Positions 53,886 through 64,000 of a DNA stretch of 64,000 bases are shown piece after piece. Position 1 is the stretch's first letter, and every line of letters begins with the position of its first letter. This DNA is from Neocallimastix sp. 'constans'. Its lineage: Eukaryota. The stretch is from positions 310,001 through 374,000 of the forward strand of contig JBODTK010000160.1 in NCBI GenBank assembly GCA_050613775.1, given 5' to 3'. The notes under the pieces were generated by a model. The model was given only the letters and a program-made list of their open reading frames with translations, was not told where the DNA came from and did no database searches. Both the position numbers and the translations under genes were made by a program.

Positions 53886-54729
53886 TTTGTAATACATAAA
53901 GTTTTCATTTCATTTCTTTTTTTATATATATATATAAATTTAAGAATCATTCTTCACTATAATAAAATAAAAAAGTTTAGAAAAAAAATTAAAAATAAAA
54001 ATAAAAAAATTAAAATAGAACTTAATATAGCAATTGAAACTGAAATAAAAATGAACATGTAAATATTATATCTTTACATAAAAAATTATTTCACCTTTCT
54101 TTTTGATTTACTCATTAAAATTTTATTCCTCTAGAGTATAAAAAATAAAAATTCAAAATAAATAATAATATCTTTAAAAAAAAAATTATACATAAAAATA
54201 AAAAAAATGACAAAAATAATAATAATAATAATAATAAATAAAAATTTTTAAGCCTTTTAACAATATTTTATTTTTAAAAATTTTTACAAATTAAAAAAAA
54301 AAAATTAAAAAAAAAATGACAGTAAAATCTTTTCATTAACTTTGCCACTTATATATTATTTTTATTTTTTTGAAGTACCAAATAAATGAATATTGGAGTT
54401 AAACTTTTTTATGTTATTCATATATTATTTATGAGAGCACTATAATGACCTTTATCTATAATATGTAAATAACAAGAACAAAAAATATATATATTAATAT
54501 TTATAATGAATAGTTAATTTATTTATAATAATAAAGTAAAAAAAGCAATTTCTTAAAAGATTGCGAATTTATTATTAAGTACTACTATTAATTAAACATT
54601 TATTTATTTATGTATTTATTTATTCATATATGATAAAATGAAATAGTTGTTAATTCATATAACATCATCCAAATGATGAGTTTAAGTAGAATGATTCATA
54701 ATAATAAATATTTCTATATGTTAAATAAA

Positions 54730-55860
54730 TATTATTTTTATTTTTTTTATTACTTATTATTTATTTATTATTTATTATTTATTATTTATTATTTATTATT
54801 TATTATTTATTATTTATTATTTATTATTTATTATTTATTATTTATTATTTATTAATAAATATTCTTTTTATTATTTATTATTTATTTATTATTTATTATT
54901 TATTATTCAATTATTTATTATTTATTATTTATTATTCAATTATTTATTTATTATTTATTATTTATTATTTATTTATTATTTATTATTTATTATTTATTAT
55001 TTATTATTTATTATTTATTATTTATTATTTATTATTTATTATTTATTATTTATTATTTATTATTTATTATTTATTATTTATTATTCAATTATTTATTATT
55101 TATTATTTATTATTTATTATTTGTTATTTATTAATAAATACTCTTTTTATTGTTTATTATTTATTATTTATTATTTATTATTTATTTATTATTAATTATT
55201 AATTATTATTTATTATTTATTATTTATTATTTATTATTTATTATTCATTATTCAATTATTTATTATTTATTATTCAATTATTTATTATTTATTATTTATT
55301 ATTTATTATTTATTATTTATTATTTATTATTTATTATTTATTATTTATTATTTAATTATTTATTATTTATTATTTATTACTTATTATTTATTATTTATTA
55401 TTTATTATTTATTATTTATTATTTATTTTTCAATTATTTATTATTTATTATTTGTTATTTATTATTTGTTATTTATTAATAAATACTCTTTTTATTGTTT
55501 ATTATTTATTATTTATTATTTATTAATTTATTTATTATTAATTATTAATTATTAATTATTATTTATTATTTATTATTTATTATTTATTATTCATTATTCA
55601 ATTATTTATTATTTATTATTTATTATTTATTATTTATTATTTATTATTTATTATTTATTATTTATTATTTATTATTTATTATTTATTATTTATTATTTAT
55701 TATTCATTATTCAATTATTTATTATTCATTATTCAATTATTTATTATTTATTATTTATTATTCAATTATTTATTATTTAATATTCAATTATTTATTATTC
55801 AATTATTTATTATTTATTATTTATTATTTATTATTTATTTATTATTTATTATTTATTTAA
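54730..55860. repeat. (TTTATTA)n minisatellite (~1.1 kb)
   Basis: 7-mer array with TTCAATTA variants and embedded 'taataaatactctttttatt' units. Confidence 0.92.
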
Positions 55861-57308
55861 TAATATATAATAAAAATACATTTAAAGTTTATGATATCAT
55901 CATAATTTTATTATATATGAAAATTTTTTTTTTTTAATTTTTTTAGGCAAGGCTCTTTTTTTTTTTTTTTTTTTTTTTCATTATTATTTTTTTTTAAAAT
56001 ATTTTAATAATTCCATAAAAAAAAATTTTTTTTTTTTTTATTTTTAATTCAATAGAAACAATTTAATTAAAAATAAAATATTTATATTTATATATAAATA
56101 TTTATATTTTTATAATAAATTTAAAATATTATTATAATAAAAAAGAGGATAATTTTTAAATAAAATTATGGAAATAAAAATAAAAATAAAAATATAAAAA
56201 ATATATAAAATAAAAATTATATAAAATAAAAATATATATATAAATTATATTTATGATTATAAAAAAAAAAAAAATGAAAATTCAATATATATAATTCGTT
56301 TAATTATCACCTCCAAATTTATATTATATATATATTTATTGTTTATATTTTATATCATATTTTAAAAAATAAATAAAATACTTTTCTTTCTAAAAAAGTT
56401 TTTAATTTATAATGGAATTTTAAATTTGATTTTTAATTTTAATTTTATTTTATTATTATTTTTTTTTTATCCTATCTCTCTCATAGGAATCCATAAATAA
56501 AAATATAATTAAAATAAATTATAGAATATATTATATATTATCTACTATAAAATTAAATTATTATTATTATTATTATTATTGTCTATTCAAGTATTATAGT
56601 ATAGTATATGCTCTACCATACTACTATGAAAAAAAAGCAAAGAAAAGGGAAAAAAAAAAAATTATACTTTAATACTTATATTCTAATGACAAAAATTACA
56701 AATATAATATACATATACATATATATTTATTAAAAAAAAAAAAAAAAAAAAAAAATAAATAATATAAATAATAAAAATAACCAAACTGTCTTTAATTGAC
56801 AGATTTTCTAATTATTCATAACATTTTTCTTAATAAGTATTACATATATATATATATATATATTTTTTTTTGTTTGTTTCCTCTCAATTGTTTTTTTTTT
56901 CTTCTGTTTTTTAAAATTAATAAAGTTATTTATTTTATTTCTAAATATAAATATATTTTATTCAAATAAAAAAATATATATATTATAAATATGTTTTTAA
57001 ATAATAATTAAATATGACTAACAATTTATAGTTTTATTAAATTACTTCAAAATTTTTCTACATATATTTTTTTTAATTGCTTAAATATATATAATATTAT
57101 AAAAAAGGGTTTTTTTTCATTTAAATTAAAATCTAAAAAAAAATATAAAGTTATTAATACTTTTTTTTTTAAAAGAAAAAAATATAAATTTTTTATAATT
57201 AATGATATTAATCTTTTATTAAAATAAAAAGAATAAAAAATATAAATTATATTCCTTTTATCTTTTTTTTTTTTTTATCTATATAATTTAAAGTTAATTT
57301 TATTTTCT

Positions 57309-58346
57309 TTAATTTCTTTCTAATCTTCTGCTTTTTTCAATATCTTCAACATTTTCTTCAACTTCTTCAATATATGAACAAGTAGCAATATAGTAGTAGA
57401 GCTATTATACAAAAAAAAAATAAAAAAAATTAATAAAATTCATTAATAATTAATATATATAATTAATATATTTATTTTTTAAAAAAAAAAAAATCCTCTT
57501 ATTTTTTTCATTTCAAAAACTTTTTAAACAATTATATTTTTTAAAAACTATTTATGTTTTTTACTTGATAATTAAAGAAAAAAACTTACCATAATAAGGA
57601 AATCGACAATGGCTAAAATAATAAGTAAAATCTTTTTGAAAGTACCGTATTCACTTGGAATAGTGTGCTTGTATTGTTTACCATTAACATTAGAGTAAAC
57701 GATACGATCTTCGAATTTTTTCTTTAAATCCCAAATCATCATAACAGTTTGGAAGACTAAGAAAAGAAGGAAAACGATCTTGAATTGATTCATGAAAGGT
57801 AAATTTACCTTTATTTTTATAATTTAAGCAATAACATATTTTTTTTAAATTAAAAATATATTAATAAAACATATACATATAGTTTTTTTTTTTTTTTAAA
57901 CATTCTTTTTATAAAATATAAATTTCAAATTGAATATTTACCTTACTAATACCGATAAGTAAAGTGATAAGAGATATTATAACAATAATATAAACAATAT
58001 ATGAAAGAATACTTCCGAAACTTATTCCAAAAAATATAATATTGAAAATTAATGATATAATTAAGAAAATCTAACAATATTGTTTTAAATTTTATATTGT
58101 AAAATAAAAAATAATATATATATTATTACTTTAGTTATATACTTTATTTAAAATTTATATTTTATATGTTGAATTCACGCTAACGATTAAATATAAAATT
58201 ATTTTATTTTATATAATTTTTTTTTTTTTAACTTTTTATATTATAATATTTACAATCATCATCCAGGTACAAAGTTTAACAGCTGGCTTTAATGGTAAGC
58301 AACAGCAGCACCAGTAATTAGTTAATCTTGGGCAACATCTAATCAT
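57309..58346 (-). CDS. Four-TM Cys-cluster membrane protein, paralog 9 (177 aa; divergent)
   Basis: Exons 58346-58254, 58070-57942, 57808-57590, 57401-57309; GT..AG, phase 0. MIRCCPRLTNYWCCCCLPLKPAVKLCTWMMI / IFLIISLIFNIIFFGISFGSILSYIVYIIVIISLITLLIGISK / VNLPFMNQFKIVF...VDFLIM / LYYYIATCSYIEEVEENVEDIEKSRRLERN*. Confidence 0.92.
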
Positions 58347-61300
58347 TTTGATAATATTTATTTTATTTTAAATAATTTAATATTAAATAGTTTTTATGTT
58401 TGAAAGCGATAAGATATTAAGTAAATTATAACGTTTTTAAAAGCGTTTGTTTATTGCGAATACACAAAAAAAAAAAAAAAAATCCAATCCTTTTGCTAAT
58501 TAAATAAAAAAAAATAAATCTAAATCTTTGTAATTGGAAACTTTAATCTATAAGTTAAAAAAGTTTTATTAGTAAAGGACTTTATTGTCTATTTATATTA
58601 AAAAATATATATAATATAATGATTTATTTATTTATTTTATTTATTTATTTAATTATTTATTATAAAATAATTTTTATTTTTATTATAAATAGGATAAAAT
58701 TTAATTTATTTTATTTGTATTGAATAAATTTAATATAAAAAAAAATTATTAAATATTATACATCATTTATAATAAAAAAAAATATATATATTATATATAT
58801 AATATATAAAATATAAAATATATATATATATTCAAATTCAAACAAGAAAAATAAAAATTTATAATATACAATTAAAAAAGAAATCAAAAGAAGAAATAAA
58901 TTACACTTTTTACTACTATTTAAACCACATACTTTTCTCTTTTTCTCTCTTTTTATGGTCTTTAAAGGTCAATGATGATGATGGCAATAAAGGCATTCCC
59001 TTAACCTTAAAAGATTTTATTAATTAATTTTTTTTTTTTTTTTAATCTGCAACAACAACATATAAAAATAATAATAATATTATTATTATTATTAATTTTA
59101 TTTTTATTATTACAAATTAAATAACTCTATATACTTATACTATATATACTTAATATAATACTTATATTGGCTACAGATATAACATTTATTAGTTATACAA
59201 TATATTAAAATTTATTACACATTAATAAATGTTATGCAATACTACTATACAATATATTACATTATATACTGTATTGTATACACTACTACATTAATATTTA
59301 TTGTACTTTTTAATAAAGTACAGTAAATATTAATAGTGTATATAAATATTTTGTTTATATAAAAAAAGGATACTATATTAAAAGTAATCTATTAATTATT
59401 ATGTTATTGTATTTAAATAATATATTATTTACTATTGATTCTAATTTATAACTAAATAATAGATTTATAATAAACATATAAAATAATTGATTTCTCCATA
59501 GATAAAAATAACTATAAATTAAACTAAATAAAATAAAATACTTTTTTTTAAATATATTTATCATTATATTTATATATGTATTTATCTTAATATTTATTAA
59601 TTTTTTTTTATAATTTACTATTGAATAAAATTAATAATAATATATTATAGAATATATAGTATATATATGTATATTTTTATTGATTTTTATTTAACTTTAT
59701 AAATGATTCGTCAATTTCAATTATTGTTTAAAAAAATTTATAAATTTATATTAAATAATATAATAACAATAGTATTGAAGAGTTTTATAATATATCAAGG
59801 ATACAAATCAAAGTATATAATATTAATTTATTTAAAAAAAATAATATATACTATATTTCAAATCATAAATTTAAAGTACTACAAAAAAAATTTTTTACTT
59901 TATAATATTATTTAATACATATATTACAATATATTATACATATATTTAATTGTTAATGATAAAATAAAATAAAATATGATTTATATATATAAATTAATAA
60001 ATAAATATTTATTTATTATTTATGTAATTTTATAATTTAAAAAAAAATTTTTTTAAAAATAAATAAATTAAAATAAAATTTTAAATATTAAAAATTAATG
60101 AATGTAACACAATAATACATCAAAATAATATTAAATAAAATTTATAATCAATACATAGAAAAGATAAAAGGAAAAAAGAGTTTAAAAAATATAAAAAAAA
60201 AAAAATTGTTTTTTTTTTATTTTTAAACAGAAAAAGTATTATTTTATTATTAAAATAATTAATTATATTAATTATGAATAAAAAAAAAAAAAAAATGTAT
60301 AATTCATTTAAATAATTTAAAATAAAAAAAAAAAGATTTTAATAAAATAAAAATTGAAAATGAAATATATTACATTATATTATATTATATAGTATATACT
60401 ATTATATATATGATATACTACCTATCCATATTATATTATATTATATACTATAGATCACATTATATATATTATATATATTATTTATTATATATATACTATA
60501 TAAATATAACCTATATATATACTATATTTTGTTATTACATTACATTAATATATTGGATGCTGTTATATTCTGTTCTGTCAATGTATTAAATTGAATTTGG
60601 ATATAAAAAGTTAAAAAGTAATAATAAACTTTTACAAATAATACTTTTATTTTATTATTTATTTTATTTTATTACATAATAAATAAACAGATTAGAGAAT
60701 GTTTTCTTTTTTATTTTTGTACCATGTGTAGGCGTGTTGTTGTTATGACTTTTAAAAAAAAAAATGATTATATTTCTTTTTTCATTCACTAGAAAGGTTC
60801 GCTAATTTTCAAATACTAAATTATTATTTTTAATAGCCTTATCTTAACTAATAAAAGATGATTTATTCTTATAAAAAATATAAATATAAATAAAAATAAA
60901 AATAAAAATAAAAATAAAAATTAAATATAAATTTTATAAATGAAAAAGAAGTTGTTTGTTTGTTTGTTTGGCTTGTTTAAAAATAAAAATAACAATAAAA
61001 AGATAAAAAGTAGCTTATTTGCTTCTTAATGGGTCATGAATGAAAAAAAAAAGAGGTTGATATGGATGTGTATGTGCATACTTATTTATCTTGTCGATGT
61101 GTATATTTTAGCATGTGTACATGTATGTCATGTACACTTTTATACTTTATTAAATAAAAATAAAATAAATAAAAAAGTTTGGTGGAATTTTTTTTTTTTT
61201 TTTTACTATGGCATGGCGTGATTTACCCAATAATAAATGCTCCTTTTTTTTTTTTTTAATTAAAACTATAAAAATAATAAAAATGAAGATAAAAAGATTT

Positions 61301-63269
61301 AAAATTTAAAAAATATATAAACAACTAAAGTTTTTATAATTATTATTATAATCCTTTTAAATCCTTAAATTAATTATTCATGATTGACTTTTTTAATTAT
61401 GATTAAATTATTGACTTTTTAATTGCTAAATTATTATTAATTATTATTAATAATATTTTATTTATGATTAATGATTAATGATTATGATTATTACAATTAC
61501 TCAAAACTATTTAATATTAATAATATTTATTTATTATTTACTTATTATTTATTATTTATTTATTTATTTATTATTTATTTATTTATTTATTATTTATTTA
61601 TTTATTTATTTATTTAAAGAATTAAAATAATATAAAAATTCAACTCCTTGAATCGAATCCAGTGACTTTTCCTTTTTTTTTTTTTTTATAAGTTGCTTCA
61701 CATAAATTTTATTTTATAATGAATTAACTAATCAAAAAAAAAAAAATAAAAAAAATATCACACCTACATGGAAATGATAATAATTAAATAATTAAATAAT
61801 TAAATAATTGAATAATTAAATAATTAAATAATTGAATAATTAAATAATTGAATAATTGAAGAATAATAATAAACAATTATAATCATATTTAATTTAAGGA
61901 ATAATTAAAAATAAAATAAATAAGGAATAAAAAAGATTAAAAAAAAAAAAAAAAAAAATTAAAAAAACGGCCTATTACCTATATTAAACATTGGCAATAA
62001 TATATATTATATATATATTATATTATATTGATTTTTAAATTTTATTACATAATAAATAATTGAATAATTGAATATTTGAATAATAAAAAGAGTATATATT
62101 AATAAATACTAAAAAAATAAATAAGAGTATTTATTAATAATAAATAATAAATAATAAATAATAGAAAATAAATAATAAATAATAAAAAGAGTATTTATTA
62201 ATAAATAATAAATAATAAATAAACAAATAATAAATAATAAATAATTGAATAATAAATAATAATGAGTATTTATTAATAAATAAAAAATAATAAATAATAA
62301 AGAGTATATTATCAAAACCATGTTATTAATTATATAATAAATAGATAACATAAACGTTAACTAAAATTACAGAGATTGTAAAAAAAAAAAAAAAAAAAAA
62401 AAAGAAATAAGCATATAATTTAGAGTCGTAGGATGGGAACTGATGAATAAAGTATTATAGAGTGTGCAAAGTATGGTTATAAACAAGGGAAGATGATGTC
62501 GATGCATTCCTTATTATCTATAAATTAAAATGCATAGCTATGATCCTTAAAAATAGATAAAAAGTAATATAAATACGATGGAAATACTTTTTATATATTA
62601 TTTTTTATTTCTTTAATTTTTATTTTTATTTCTATAATTTTTATTTTTAATTTTTTTTTTTTTGTTAATTTTGTTGTTGTTAATTGTTGTCAGTTTCCTA
62701 AAATGAATAAAAATAAATAGAATTAAAACCAAAAAAAAAAAAAATTGATATAAAAATTGATATAAAAATTGATATAAACTAATAGAAAATATAAACAAAA
62801 TATAAACTAATAAAAATATAAATATGATATAGAAAATATAGAAATATAAATATGATATAAAATATAGAAATATAAATATGATATAAAATATAGAAATATA
62901 AAATTGATATAGAAAATATATAAAAGAAATAAAATAGTAGTCAATAATTAAGTGTCTTTCAATGAAATTGATATTCAGATAATAATGGAATGACTCTTTC
63001 ATTTATTTGTCATCAAAAGTAATGAATCATATAATTTAAGTTGTAGGAAAGAAGAGTATCCTCAGAATCTTTTAAATAAAATATCAATAAATATATATAT
63101 TCAATAGGATAAACTATTATTAGTAGGATCTCTTTATGTATATACCTATTAATAGTTTGATCATTTACTTTTAAAATAAATATATGAATTATATATAAAT
63201 TATATAAATTATATAAATAATGATAAAGAGCATTAGGAACTATTGTCTAATTAATATCAAACTATTAAA

Positions 63270-63440
63270 TAAATAATACTGTATAAATAATTATTTATAT
63301 TTTATAATAATTAATAATACTGTATAAATAATTATTTATATTTTATAATAATTAATAATACTGTATAATTAATTATTTATATTTTATAATTAATAATAAT
63401 TAATAATTAATTATTTATATTTTATAATTAATAATAATTA
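63270..63440. repeat. ~41-bp tandem repeat (3-4 copies)
   Basis: 'taataatactgtataa(a/t)taattatttatattttataat' repeated at ~63272, ~63313 and ~63354, with a partial fourth copy. Confidence 0.8.
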
Positions 63441-64000
63441 ATAGTTCTTTTTATTTCATTTTTTTTTTCTGTTTAAAAAAAATTTTTTTTTTGACTTTCA
63501 AAAATATTTAAACTATTTAAACTATTTAAACTATTTTAAATTAATTTATTGTGTAACAATAAAAGATGTTAGCCACCAAATTTAGACTGTTTTATAGTTT
63601 TATAGTTTTAATCGCCTTAGTTTTTAATTTATGGCTATGAATTACTTTATAAAAATAGTAAAAAAAAAAAAAAATAGTTTATAGTAAATAGTACATAAAA
63701 TATATTCATAATATATATAATAATATAATATGTAATATATATAATATATAAAATATATTTTTTCAATTTAATAAAAAATAAATACAAAAATAAATACAAT
63801 TTTTTTATTTTTTATTTTATTTTTTTACTTATTGTATACATTAACAAAATAAATAAATAAATAAATAATAAATAAATAAATAAATAAAAGTATATATTTT
63901 AATAATTAAAATAAATATTCCATTTCCTTAAATTTGAAAGAATATAAAAAAAATTTTTAAGAAAATAAAAAAAAAAAAAAGTGGAATAATTATAATAAAA

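Noticed and set aside
62430..62520. Hammerhead ribozyme (CTGATGA core at ~62440)
   Set aside because: No stem II closing onto a GAAA, and no consistent stems I/III were found by eye.

Overview
Extremely AT-rich, microsatellite- and homopolymer-laden eukaryotic DNA with short GT-AG introns and the standard genetic code. The style is most consistent with an anaerobic gut fungus (Neocallimastigomycota), but that is inference only. The dominant content is largely invisible in the ORF track: a co-oriented minus-strand cluster of nine intact four-exon paralogous genes plus one orphan pseudo-exon. They encode 165-212 aa four-transmembrane proteins with an N-terminal Cys cluster (e.g. FPKINxCxCCCC), a highly variable TM3-TM4 loop and a conserved C-terminal Y-Y-x-x-x-G-S-Y...EARKLE tail, a LAPTM4/DUF4728-like architecture. 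All three introns are phase 0 and positionally conserved. The cluster shows head-to-tail duplication, an exon-swap chimera, pseudogenisation and a large excess of amino-acid-changing over silent differences in exons 2-3 of the youngest pairs. The window also holds a decayed Ty3/Gypsy retrotransposon (~38.2-46.1 kb, minus strand) with an internal ~430 bp inversion, a tRNA-Ala-type PBS and a poly-Asn expansion. Other content: LINE- and gag-like remnants, a small TIR element, an intronless orphan ORF, several near-perfect palindromes and large simple-repeat arrays. Exon coordinates were read by hand and checked for frame continuity; no database searches were run.
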